Of a stretch of 64,000 bases of DNA, positions 40,537-53,725 are shown piece by piece (position 1 is the first letter of the stretch; every line of letters starts with the position of its first letter). The stretch is from Eledone cirrhosa (taxonomy: Eukaryota). The stretch covers positions 9,858,001 through 9,922,000 of the forward strand of contig OZ024755.1 in the NCBI GenBank assembly GCA_964016885.1, written 5' to 3'. The position numbers and the translations under genes were made by a program. The notes beneath the pieces are model-generated. The model had not been told where the DNA came from and ran no database searches. It worked only from the letters and a program-made list of their open reading frames with translations.

Positions 40537-40578
<42 letters not shown>

Positions 40579-42894
40579 TGTGTGTGTGTGTATTTATCTT
40601 TGTATGTATTTTTTTCTATTTTTCAATGAAGACGGTGGGAATTTCTCGGTGAAAGTGAGAAACACCGAGCTCCCCACCCACACAAATGACGTCATCAGAA
40701 AGTAGCTAGATCAGCAGTATATTCATAACAACAATAACATCTCTCTCTCTTTCTTTATTTCCTTCTTTCTCTATTTCCTTCCTTCTTTCGTTCTTTCCTT
40801 CCTTCCTTCTTCCTTTCTTTCTTTTTGTCTTTGTTTTTTTTTCTTCTTTATATTTTACTTTCTTTATTTCTTTTATCTTGTCTTTCTTTAATTATTTCCT
40901 TGTTTGTTTGTTACTTACTTTTTTTCTTCTTTCTTTCCTTCCTTCTCCCTGCCTGTCTGTCTCTGTCATTAACTACCGCCATCAATATAAACAGGCATCA
41001 TTGCTCTTTTATAATCATTTATATATTTACCTTCCATGCTAAAGTGGCCTCCTTGTGTAATTTCCATTTATAGAATTGTCAACTCCAGTAGACGACGTCA
41101 ACGTCGTTCGGAAGTCCGATTTAGGCTTTGTTCGGGTAGTTGAGATAGTTTCTGTTGCCGAGGCGACCTGTTGACGTTGCTGCTGTTGTAATAGTTGTTG
41201 TTGTTAATAATGATGACAACAAACATGGTAATGATGAAGATGAAGAGAATCACCACCACCACCTCCATGTTGTGAGTTCAATTCCTTGACTGGGTTGTGT
41301 GTTATGTTCTTGGGCAAAACACTTCATTTCACGTTGCTCCAGTATATTCAGTCGAACATGAGTACCAGCAATAGCTGGGGAGTAAATCCTGTGATGGATT
41401 GGATTGGCATCCTGTCCAGAGGGAAGTCTTGTACTCTCCGTTGAAACTGGGATAAGCACTGGCTTGGGTTTGAGACAAACTTTATACTTAGACCTTGGAA
41501 GAATGAAAGGTAAAGTTGACTTCGACGGGATTTGAACTGAGAACATAAAGAACTGGAACAAATACCATGAGGTATTTTGTTAGACGCTCTACCGATTCTG
41601 CCAATCTCCAGCCCTAACAATAATCATGTTGATAATTCGACTGGTACTTTATCTATTGACCTTGAAAGGATAAAAAGCAAAGCTGCCCGTGGTGAGATTT
41701 GAACTCGGAACCTAAAGGGCCGTAAATATATATAACAAAGTATGTCATCATCATCATCATCATCATCATCGTCGTTATCTAACATGTGTTTTCCCAGCTA
41801 TAAGGGTTGGATGGGTCTTCACAGACAGAGTCAGTATTCAATTGGGGCTACTGACCTCCGAGACAGAATGGGATCTGCATCTCGCTTACATACTGTCCCA
41901 CGTTCTACTGAATACATTTTATCATGATACCAGCACTAGAGAGGTTGTCATATTTTCGACATAACTGAAGGTTTTTTCAAATCCTTTCTTTGGCAAGCTT
42001 TCTACAACTGGATGTTCTTCCTATCATCAACCATTTTATAGTGTATTCTGTGTGCGTTTATCAGGTAGATCCAGAGAGATTGTCATTTTGTGATGACTTT
42101 GACACAATTCAAAGCTCTTTCCAACCCTTTGCTTAGCAAACTTTCTATGCTGGATGCCCTTCTTATCACCAACCAGCTTACAGCATGTACTGGGTGAGTT
42201 TATTGTGGAGGTCACCAACACTAGAAAGATTGTCATGTCCTTGACACAACTGAAGTGTCTTTCAAATGACCGAAAATAAAATGAAACTCTATTATAATAA
42301 AACTGAAAGAAAATAAATTTTCAACATTAAACAATGTGAGATGGATATAAAATGGTGATTGTTTGGTTTCTATGTACCTGTTGTTTGCTGCAATAAACCA
42401 CCTACACGTAGTAATACGGTGACAAACTTATCTGAACATTTCTCATGATTGAGAAAACACAGTCTGGTTTACAACACATCACTGAATAATGAATTAATCT
42501 GATGGATGTAAGAAACTCAAGTGTAGAATCAATACCATTGATATAATCAATATCATCGATATATTCTGTTATCTGGTAATTCCTTTGAGTCAGATCTACA
42601 TTATTTATAACCTCCTCCATGGTTGTTACACAAGCTTTCAGTCTTCTGTGTACAGTCAGTTAACAACAGTGTTGGTAATTTACTTGATAATCGCACCCAG
42701 TACACTCTGTAAAGTGGTTGGTGATAGGAAGGCCATCTACCTGTAGAAGGCCAGTCAAAGAGGGGGTCGTAAGGATCCTTCAGCTGTGTTAAAGACATGA
42801 CAACCTTCCTAGTGCTGGGTGTTACGGTGGGATTCATTGGGTAGTATGGAGGATCATTTTAAGAAAAAGACAATTTTTCTTTCAATTTTATTAT

Positions 42895-43165
42895 ACTGTC
42901 AATCAACATTTACAATATACTGTGAACCAACACTTACCATACACTGTCAACCAACACTTACCACACACTGTGAACTAACACTTACCATACACTGTGAACC
43001 AACACTTACCATACAGCATTAACCAACAATTACCATACACTGTGAACAAACACTTACCATACACTGTCAACCTACACTTATACACTGTGAACTAATGCTT
43101 ACCATACACTGTTAACCTACAGTTACCATACACTGTTAACCAACACTAGCATACACTCTTAACCA
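42895..43165. repeat. 24-bp minisatellite, about 11 copies
   Basis: Unit ATACACTGTGAACCAACACTTACC. Confidence 0.9.
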
Positions 43166-44969
43166 ATTATTGGCCCATGTAATCAATGACACTATTAATG
43201 ACCAATGGCATTAGATAAAAACAAATTAATTAATAATAAATGATCAAAGGATTGACTTCTATATTAGCTAATTAAATTTCTTCAGTGATCAGCTTGAATT
43301 GGTACATGTTAGTAATTGAAAGAAATATACTTGTATACAAAGGAGTGGTTTTTACAATGAGATGGTTGCCGTTACTTTGAATGTTGTTTAGAATGTAACG
43401 AGGATGGTATGTATTTAGTCTCTGTCAGTTCTCCTGCTGAATGTTCTAGATGATTGCACAACAGAACAGCTTGATCATGAAATTAACATGCAAGTGACTG
43501 AGTATTCTATAGACATGTATATCTTTCATGTAATTCTCAGCGAGACTTAGGCAGGTATGGGTCAAAGCTGGCCCTTTGAATTACTGGTACAGTTCACTTT
43601 GTTTTTGTTCTTGCTGAGTGAACTGGAGCAACAGGGAATAAAGTGTCTTGCTCAAGGACACAACATGTAGCTGGAAATTGAACTTATGACCTTACAATTG
43701 GGAGAAGAACACTCTTAACCATGAAGGAATGATGCTAGAGCTGTGAAATCTTGCATGCATTTCTTTCAACTCTTCTTATTAATAACTGCATTGTTTCTTT
43801 CCAGGGACTATGTTGTTGAAAAATAAACCTCATTTGGTCATTCCATGAGAGTATCTTGGTCAGCCTATGAACTTTACAGTTAAGCTTCATATAATACTGA
43901 TCAATATATGATTGACACCTTTCCTCAATCAATTACTTTAGATCGATTAAATAGAGGATAAAAAGATTTGATTGGTGTTCAGTTGTATCAAACAGGATGT
44001 TGACTGAAAAGATGCTTGTATGAAGGTGGGCTGAAAAGTTCATAGGTTGACTATGAAGGAGTGATGTTAGAGCAGTGAAATCTTGCATGCATTAATTTTA
44101 TCTCTTCTTATTAATAACTGCATTGTTTCTTTCTAGGGACTATGTCGAAAAATTAATCTCATTTGGTCATTCCATGAGAGTATCTTGGTTAAATACATTG
44201 TGTCTTGTGATCCAGTAAGGAACATGATAATAGACGTCTGCTTGCCAACCTATTTTTTGTTGGGGGGGCATCTTAACAACACAGCTATGCCTGCAACCCC
44301 CTTTACCAATAGTTACTTGAATTGTTAGAAATGGCAGCCAACTCCTTATCCCATTTATATACTGTCTTAAAACAGTGTCATGATGTTATCCCTACAATTC
44401 CAACAGAAGTTAAGAGCCCTTTCCTTTATTTATTAATGAGAGGAGGAAGGGTTGTACCCCTGACATTTTGTAAAGTCTGTGACACTGATGATGGAAGAAA
44501 TGGCTGTTATATTTAAACAATGACTGTTATAAATAAGTGTTGGGGTTGATTCTTCCTATATATTTCGTTATTACTCTCTGTCTGGAAGAAATCAGCTGAG
44601 TTCAGAACTGGAGAGAGATGGACTCTACCAGGTTTAAAATATCTAAGCCATGCTGTGTGTCAGAAGTTAAGGGCCCTTTTCTTTTCCTTTCCTTCATTAG
44701 ATCATATGCAGATTTATATCCAAACCTTCTTGTTCCAGCCTCTATAACAGGACTTTAGCTTGGAAGCTGAATACCCTCAAGCTGCTGGTTAGACTGACAT
44801 ACTTCTCACCTTATCAATGTGAGACACCCCACCTTAGTCTGCTTTTATATGGTCCAATGAGTTCAATGAGAATCATTTATTTTATTGAATGGGAACAGAA
44901 TAATGCACCCTCTCTCTCCCTTTCTCTCTCTCTCTCTATATATATATATCCATGTATCTAGCATCCCCC

Positions 44970-45019
<50 letters not shown>

Positions 45020-47596
45020 CTAGCATCCCCCCCTCTCTCTCTCTCTATATATATATATATAGCTAGCATCCCTCTCTCTATATATATACATATGAAAGAA
45101 CAGTAGCTCCACTTGAGTACTACTAAGTTGGTCTGTGAAGACCTGTCCAACCCTTGTTGGTAGGGAAGATGACATTAAATGACACACACACGAATGCGAA
45201 CAGACTATCTTAAAATTAACAGACAAATTGCCGTTGGGATTTATATAGTGTTTACTTAGTACATGCTATCGGGTGTGTGTAGTTCATATATGTGTGTGTG
45301 TGTGTGTGTAAATATACAGTTAATCAGATATGTGTTGTGTATGTAATTGTTGCAGGAACCTACTACTTAGTATATTTGTAAATGTAACAACAACAACAAC
45401 ATGAAATAGGTGTCACAAGATAGCAACAACAAGGATTCCACTACGTAATTTATTCTACGGGTTTTGATGGAGATCGCTCTTCCATCGTACGTGTGTCATC
45501 TCAGCTGTAGCCGAGGTGATTTAGTATATCAGATTCTAAAATAGCAGGAATTATCAGCAAACGACCCCCTCCCCTTTTTTTTTATTCAGCCTGTAGGTGT
45601 TCAAGACGTTTTGTAGGGATCTGGCCCACTGACAACGAGGTTCTCTTCATTGTTGACAGCTCACCTTATCCATGTATCAGGTGACGCTCCTGGTGAGAGT
45701 GCTTGATTATTCCAGCGTCTTAGCCTCGCTATCACTTGTGGCAATGCTGTGTGTGTGATTGTCTTACCTCAAAAATGATGAGAGGGAAACTCCGACGTCC
45801 CTTGTAGAGTGATGTGTAATTGAGTGTGCTGGTCTTCTCATACCTTTCTTTCTCTCTTTCTTTCTTTCTTTCTTTCTCACTCTCTTTTTAATTAATTTTT
45901 TAAATATATAAATTGTGTTTATTTGTTTGCATAATTATGTAAAATAAAAATATGAAATGTTTCCCTGTTAAACTGTGTTGATGGTGGAACAACGTGTTTG
46001 TTTTCAGTGGAAATCGCTCTCCCCCGTAAGTATATGTCTACTGAATCGTTTCTTCACTAAACAGTGTAGTTGGCGCAACAGTTATACTGACAGAGAGAGG
46101 GGGAGGGGAGGGGAAAGGATGTTATCGTAAATATCTACCAACATTGATGAGGTCAAAACCGTGTCAGCCGGCCACAAACCGTAGAAAATTTGGCAGCAGT
46201 TTAAATGTTGAGAATTGAATGGACTCCCCGTAAAGAAGATTGTCTCTGTGAAGGAATGCACACGCCACCTGTTTCGAACGAACACCTTACAGCGATATCA
46301 AAGCCCTCCCTCACCGCCGCCCCATTATTGGTAGGGCGTTAATATGGTGTAGTTGTCGGGACCGCCAAAGCACCTGACGTCACCGCTGCAACACTCCCCT
46401 CCCCCTCCGGTTTCCCACTACCTACTCCATCCCCACAGCTTTGCCCTTGTCTCTTGAACAACATGGAAACGAAACATCATCATCCTCCGAAGGATTAAAA
46501 TCAACGTCATCTTGTTGTTCTTGTTGTTCGATTATTAATCAGGAATTCATTATCCATTCTCGATACCTTCGCCACCACCACCACCACTACTAGTACTACC
46601 ACTACTACTACTGTTGTTGTCAATGATAGTCGCAATAACAAAATTATGTTGCCAATGTTGAAAATATTGTAATATATATATATATATATAAATGTGCATA
46701 TATATATATGTGTATATACATATATATGTATGTATCTATGTATGCATGTAAACACCCATTGTAAGTACATGTTAATATATATACACACATGCGTATATAC
46801 AAACAAACATTCCAACATAGTGTTTTGTGTTTAAGCTATTTGAGTTGAGCGACGTTACCGTGATTTTACTGCAATGACGACGACAACACCATCATCACCA
46901 ATAACAACAACAACAGTAAACGGGAGTAAGGCTACGGTTTTATCAAGAGAAACATCATCATTATCATCTGTGTGGAGTATTATTCTACTTACAAACACTA
47001 ACAACAACTGTGCGATGACTAGCAACACCAACATCACAACAACAATGACAATAACAACGTGACAACGGCGATCAAGTGCTACACTAATACACACACCCCT
47101 TCCTATCTATCGGAATGCCACGTAAGATACAACCAGCTGCTTTCTTTTCACTCTGTTTTTATTACCTCCCTTACCTTCTTTTTTTTCCCGCTCTTTCTCA
47201 CACAACCTTTCTTTCTCTCTGTGTCTCTTATATTTCTTCTCTCTCATTGTCTCTTACCCTGTCTCTTTCGGTGTCTCTTAGTCTTTCTCTCTCTGTATTT
47301 CTTTCTCTTTCTTTTACTCTTTATCTCTCTCTGTCTTTTACCCTTTCTCTCCAGCTGTATTTCTCTCTGGTACTATTTTACTCCTATCCATCTCTCTATT
47401 TTTCTTTGTATCTCTCTCTCTCTCTCTAATTGTGTCTATCTCTGCCTCTATATCTGTTTCTCTATGGTATCGTCTAACTTTCTCTTTCTTGCTAGGCTCA
47501 TGTTCAAATGTATTTCCCCATGTTTATATAGATTCACGCAGCACAATGAAATGTTTATATATGTTGATTACTTAATCCATCATACTAAACAGAATC

Positions 47597-47665
<69 letters not shown>

Positions 47666-47968
47666 AGTATGTGTGTGTGTAAATAATATATTTCGTAAAC
47701 AAACAAATGGTTATGTATATTTTCAAGATGTACATTGGTAACTGTGTTAACTAAAACACGCACACGCACATACATGTATTTATATAAATATTTTGTTTAA
47801 TGAATTACCGATTTAGAAAAGTCAAATGTTTCCACTAATACACCAGAACATTTGTTTTGTTTTGTTTTTAGTGATTTTCTCTTCCTAGTTTCCGATTTGG
47901 GGTGACAGGCAAATTCCTATAATCTTGCTATATATACACTCTTTATCAAAACACCTTGTACATGTAGA

Positions 47969-47969
<1 letters not shown>

Positions 47970-48025
<56 letters not shown>

Positions 48026-48049
48026 CATACATACGTACATACATACACC

Positions 48050-48103
<54 letters not shown>

Positions 48104-48122
48104 CGTACATACATACACCCAG

Positions 48123-48189
<67 letters not shown>

Positions 48190-48200
48190 CACACACACGC
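47970..48200. repeat. Compound (TA)n/(CA)n microsatellite; similar tracts at 12078, 14365-14590, 16433-16503, 40130-40590, 47600 and 55690-56020
   Basis: Read directly from the sequence. Confidence 0.95.
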
Positions 48201-49177
48201 ACAAGGCCAGCAATTACCCAGTGCATTACTGGTACTTTATTTTATCGACCCCGTAAGGATGAAAGGCAAAGTCAACCTCGGCGGCGGGATTTGAACTATA
48301 TATATATATATATAGTATTAAGTAAACAAATACATAGTTTTCTATATTGAATTGGTAGGGCGTCAGATAAAAGGCTCTTTACAATCCGAGTTCAAATCCT
48401 GTCGAGGTCAACTTTGCCTTTCACCCTTCCGGGGCTTGATAAAAGAATGTACTAGTCACGTACGTGGGGTGATTTAATCAACTTTGCCCCCCCCCCCCCC
48501 CGAATTTGCTGGCTTTGTTTATTATAAATCCATATTATTTACACTAGCACTTTCAGATATACATTGACAACTGTATACTAATCGAATACATACACACACA
48601 TATATATATACATACATATAAACATGTTCTGTTTGAAATACACTACAAAACACACACATATACACACATATTTATAATAAATTACTGAATTAAACGTTCA
48701 AATGTGTTCACTTATACATCAAAACATTTACTAATTTTCCAATTTTGGTAGGGTGACAAATTCCTATAAGCCTTCTATATATTGACTTGACTTATATTAT
48801 TGACATTTATTAAAACATCTTACACATATATACACAGAATGTAACGCTGATTATAATTTATTGTAAATCACATTAATATATTATAAATTATATTTATAAA
48901 TATAAGGTGTTTTAATATGGATTTTCCGACTTATAAGATACTCTATTTTCCTATTTTTCCTTTCAGTAGTTCTTCTTTCTGTCACTAACGCTGTATACTT
49001 CAGGCAGAATATATTCAACGCGTATTCTTAGGTGGTTTACCCACCCTTTATGTTAATCGTAATCATTTTTATTTTTATTTTGTTAGTTCAAATTGACGAT
49101 GGTTTAAAATATTTCATTATGAAAAGAAAAGTGTAAGCGATGTTGGAGACCGTTGTGACAAAGAGGTCGTGATGCCC

Positions 49178-49216
<39 letters not shown>

Positions 49217-49588
49217 TATTATTATTATTATTATTTCTACTTTTGGCACAAGGCCAGCAATTATCCCAGTGCATTACTAGTACTTTATTTTATCGAACCC
49301 CGTAAGGATGAAAGGCAAAGTTAACCTCGGCGGGATTTGAACTCAGATCATAAAGGGAAGTAACTCTATACTTCAATAATAATAATAAGAGATATCCAGT
49401 TCGATACAATTTCCATATATCGTGTGAAGTCCCGTCACACATTTTGTCTTATGATTTGAGAAAATAGGTTCTCACCTGATATGTCTGTGTGTGTGGTGTG
49501 TGAGGAGAGGGGGTAAGTGTATAGTGTGTGTATGTATGTATATACATGTGTGTGTACGTATGTATGTACATATATAAGATAGTATAAT

Positions 49589-49686
49589 CAGGGTGTCCCA
49601 AAAATGTATACACACTTTGGTTACCTGTACAGGCAATATTTATTAGAATGCTGTTGAAGTGTACATACATTTTCGGGGACACCCTG
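49589..49686. mobile_element. Tiny Tc1-type MITE; second copy at 55742-55817
   Basis: TIR CAGGGTGTCCCAAAAATGTATACAC / ...GGGGACACCCTG followed by TA. Confidence 0.8.
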
Positions 49687-51003
49687 TATATATATATAAG
49701 AAATTAACTGTTTTCCTTGATTGATGATGTTTCAAGTAGGGCTGGTGATTAGCTCTAGCTTTGATGTGGATATAAATGAGAAATTAATCCCACCCTGGAC
49801 AGGGCGATAACCTACTTCAGAGTAACATTCCCAAGCGTATTTATTCAATTTGATGAATCGAGGGAAGGGAAAATAAAATATTCTCGTCAGACATGCAACA
49901 AAACATATGATCATCTCAACCAATTAAACCTCACAGCTGTTGTTGTTGTTTAACCCCGAGTCATTTTGGCTTGAGCAGGACAGATCTATGATCAACAGCA
50001 TTCTAGTCATAACCCCCCTGGAGAATTTTTTGTTAAAACAGAGTAGGATTTAAGGGTCTAAATCTTATAAACCTTCTCTATATTGAAGTGAAAGTGAAAT
50101 CCTATGAAAATGACGGTCGTGGGCCAAATATATATTTTAACAATCCTTCGGATGAGGTAGACGAAATGTAAACAAACAAATCTACTTATATATACTGTCA
50201 TCTTCTGTAACTCATCCGACAAATATCTATTACAATTATTTTCTTTCACATTTTATTTAATCATTATTAAACAGTTAACTTTGACTTTCATCCTTATGGG
50301 GTCGATAAAATAAAGTACCAGTAATACACTAGGTAATTGCTGGCCTTGTGCCAAAAGTAGAAACAATTATTAAACATATATTTTAATTTTAAACGTTTTC
50401 GTTTTCCAATAAATTCAAATTCCTGTAGATACGTGGAAAAGGATGTACACACACACACATATATATATATATATATTGTGCCGTTTCCTTTCTTTTTACT
50501 AATAAAGAATCCGGAAAAATCGGAAAAATTTATTGTCGGCTGACTTACGAAAAATGACGGAATTTATCGATTTATTTGTTTACATTTTGTCTACCGTTTA
50601 CGAAGGATCGATTATACATTAACACACACACACACACAACTATATGACCCTGTGATTAGCAGACGAAATACACCGAGTAACGAGACTCCCTATTTAGCCT
50701 TAATAGAAATGAATATTGAAACTACTTCGGTATTGAGTACTTCTTTCTCTCAACCGTCAATCACACATACACACACACACATATTAAATTTTGTTGCTTT
50801 CGTTTTCGTTTTATTTATTTTCAATTTCATTTTCATTAACTTTTTAATTACAATAGTTTACTCAAGATATCCGGGACATCGGATCGGTTGATTTTACTAT
50901 CACTTCAATACAGAAAGAAGGCTTACAAGATTTTTTACATTTAAAGAAAATTTGACTGCTATTTATAGCATCTCATGTAACCACATAGTCTAGTTTCTGT
51001 TCT

Positions 51004-52160
51004 TTAACCCTTTAGCATTTACATTACTCAATATTTACTATTGTATTTTCATGGTAAACACTTTATTTCATATAATTATCCCACATAATATCAAATCTAC
51101 GAGATTTTGATATTATTTATTTTGAGAATAATACCTCAACATAAGTTTGAACAACTGGTTACAGCCAGTTTAAGCTGAAAGAGTTGAGGGAATTCTGGCC
51201 AGTTACAGCCAGTTTGAGCTGAAAGAGTTGAGGGAATTCTGGCCAGATACAGCCAGTTTGAACAGAAAGACGCGAGAGAATTCTGGCCAGATACAGCCAG
51301 TTTGAACAGAAAGACGCGAGAGAATTCTGGCCAGATACAGCCAGTTTGAACAGAAAGACGCGAGAGAATTCTGGCCAGATACAGCCACTTTGAAAAGAAA
51401 GACGTGAGAGAATTCTGGCCAGATACAGCCAGTTTGAACAGAAAGACGCGAGAGAAATCTGGCCAGATACAGCCAGTTTGAACAGAAAGACGCGAGAGAA
51501 TTCTGGCCAGATACAGCCAGTTTGAACAGAAGACGCGAGAGAATTCTGGCCAGATACAGCCAGTTTGAACAGAAAGACGCGAGAGAATTCTGGCCAGATA
51601 CAGCCACTTTGAAAAGAAAGACGTGAGAGAATTCTGGGCAGATACAGCCAGTTTGAACAGAAAGATGTGAGAGAATTCTGGCCAGATACAGCCAGTTTGA
51701 ACAGAAAGAGGTGAGAGAATTCTGGCCAGATACAGCCAGTTTGAACAGAAAGAGGTGAGAGAATTCTGGCCAGTTACAGCCAGTTTGAACAGAAAGAGGT
51801 GAGAGAATTCTGGCCAGTTACAGCCAGTTTGAACAGAAAGAGGTGAGAGAATTTCAGCCAGTTTGACCAGAAAGAGGTGAGAGAATTCTGGCCAGTTTGA
51901 ACAGAAAGATGTGAGAGAATTCAGGCCAGATACAGCCAGTTTGAACAGAAAAAGGTGAGAGAATTCTGGCCAGATACAGCCAGTTTGAACAGAAAGACGT
52001 GAGAGAATTCTGGTCAGTTTGAACAGAGAGAATTCTGGCCAGATACAGCCAGTTTGAACAGAAAGACGCGAGAGAATTCTGGCCAGTTACAGCCAGTTTG
52101 AATAGAAAGAAGTGAGAGAATTCTGGCCAGATACAGCCAGTTTAAATGCTAAAGGGTTAG
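51004..52160. mobile_element. piggyBac-like MITE carrying an internal 44-bp tandem array
   Basis: TTAA-CCCTTTAGCATTTA ... TAAATGCTAAAGGG-TTAG; partial copies with a single unit at 6585-6749 and 18019-18155. Confidence 0.8.
51156..52143. repeat. 44-bp minisatellite, about 22 copies
   Basis: Unit GAATTCTGGCCAGATACAGCCAGTTTGAACAGAAAGACGCGAGA. Confidence 0.95.
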
Positions 52161-52806
52161 AGTTGAATAATATAACATGTAGTGCTTTGTTTGTTGTTGT
52201 TTTTTTAGTAGAGTTATGAACAATTGCAGTTTTGATTCAAAGCTCTTCATATTGGCGAAAACGGAGGTCACAAACTGGGTGACTCTGATAATTTTAAACT
52301 TAGATTATTAATATGGCTAGTGACAGGCATGCATGGCCTAGTGGTGAGAGTGTTGGGCTCAGGATTATAAGGTCATCAGTTTCATTCATGAACCAGGCAG
52401 TACGTTTGTAAACTTTTGCAATATTTAAATTCAGACATCACATATCTCAAGGAAAGGAACCAACATCACTACTCTCTCTCTTTCTAAAGTCTGTCTCGAG
52501 CCCGGAGGCTTATCAAGCCAGTACTTATCCCGGTTTCTGTGATTTGAAGTGACTGAGAGTACACAACTTCCTCCTGGACAGAACACCAGTCTATCGCAGG
52601 GTTAAATCCCCAACTATTGCTGGTTCTCATTCTCAGCTGAGAATACTGGGGCAACAGGTAAATAAAGTGTTTTGCTCAAGAACACAACACACAACCCTGT
52701 CTAGGAATCAAACCGAAGACATTATGATCACAAGTCCAACACCCTTACCACTAGGCCACATGACCCACACCCTCTTTACTCAATAGTAATTATTCACAAC
52801 TTAAAC

Positions 52807-53129
52807 CAGAAGTTCTCAAATTTTGGGGGCCACCGCCCCTCTTACAGCCAGGTAATACCCTCAGCACTCCCAACCCTATTTCCAGAGAGACCTGCCTACA
52901 CGCAAATTGTAAATAATATATAGTAAATAAAATCGTTAATTTATATATAATAAATAATATAATAAATAAATATATATTTTTTATTTTACTATATTTATAT
53001 ATAATATGTATCATTTGATATTTAATCATCATCATCATCATCATCTCTACTGATCCCCTTGGCTTCAGTACTCCCTGGACCTTCTCTACGCCCACCAGGT
53101 GGCAGTAGCGCCTGCTTCAAGAACCTCTG
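52807..53129. mobile_element. hAT (Charlie-like) MITE
   Basis: CAGAAGTTCTCAA...TCAAGAACCTCTG ends with a perfect 8-bp TSD ACTTAAAC. Confidence 0.85.
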
Positions 53130-53379
53130 ACTTAAACTATCACACTGTCTACAAATACTAGCCATAACGCAGTCTCTGATAACCTTTCACAACTACATAA
53201 CATTCTTTATATTTAACTCTTCTGATATTAAACTTCCTGAAACTAAGCTGTTTATTTTAAAGTGTTTATATTTATCTAAAATCATTCCATCATGATTTTA
53301 TGTCAGAACCTGGAGAAAGCAATCCATTTCCTATTGCTCCAGTTCACTCAGCTGAAAATAAGTACTAGCAGGAACAACA

Positions 53380-53725
53380 GCTGTAAAGAGGTGGTGCTTG
53401 TGCCATGATAAAATGCATGCAGTAGACACTGTAAAGTGGTAGTACTGGTGTCACAAAAATGCGCCTATTGCACTCTGTAAAGTGGTAGTGATGGTGCCAT
53501 GATAAAACGCACCCAGTCCACATTGTAAAGTGGTTGTGCTGGCAACATGATAAAATGTACATTCTGTACACTCTGTAAAGTGGTGGTGCTGGTGTCATAA
53601 TAAAATGTACCCAGTACACTCTATACAGTGGTAGTGTGACACAATAAAATGCTCCTAGTACATTCGGTAAAGTAGCAGTGTTGGTGCCATGATAAACTAT
53701 ACCCTGTATATACTATAAAGTTGTT
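53380..53725. repeat. Degenerate ~50-bp tandem array derived from a dispersed repeat segment
   Basis: Recurrent CTGTAAAGTGGT..GCTGGTGCCATGATAAAATGCACCCAGTACA; similar short arrays at 57380-57540, 2880-2990 and 61460-61580. Confidence 0.75.

Noticed and set aside
47059-48350. Long ORFs rich in YI/HT/LS/CV (also 55365-56404, 40454, 38372-39051)
   Set aside because: Translations of microsatellites and pyrimidine tracts, not proteins.
51203-51607. 134-aa repetitive ORF
   Set aside because: Read-through of the 44-bp minisatellite.
51156-52143. CRISPR-like regular repeat (also 18882-19517, 17497-17718)
   Set aside because: Units are head-to-tail with no unique spacers, there are no cas genes, and the context is eukaryotic.
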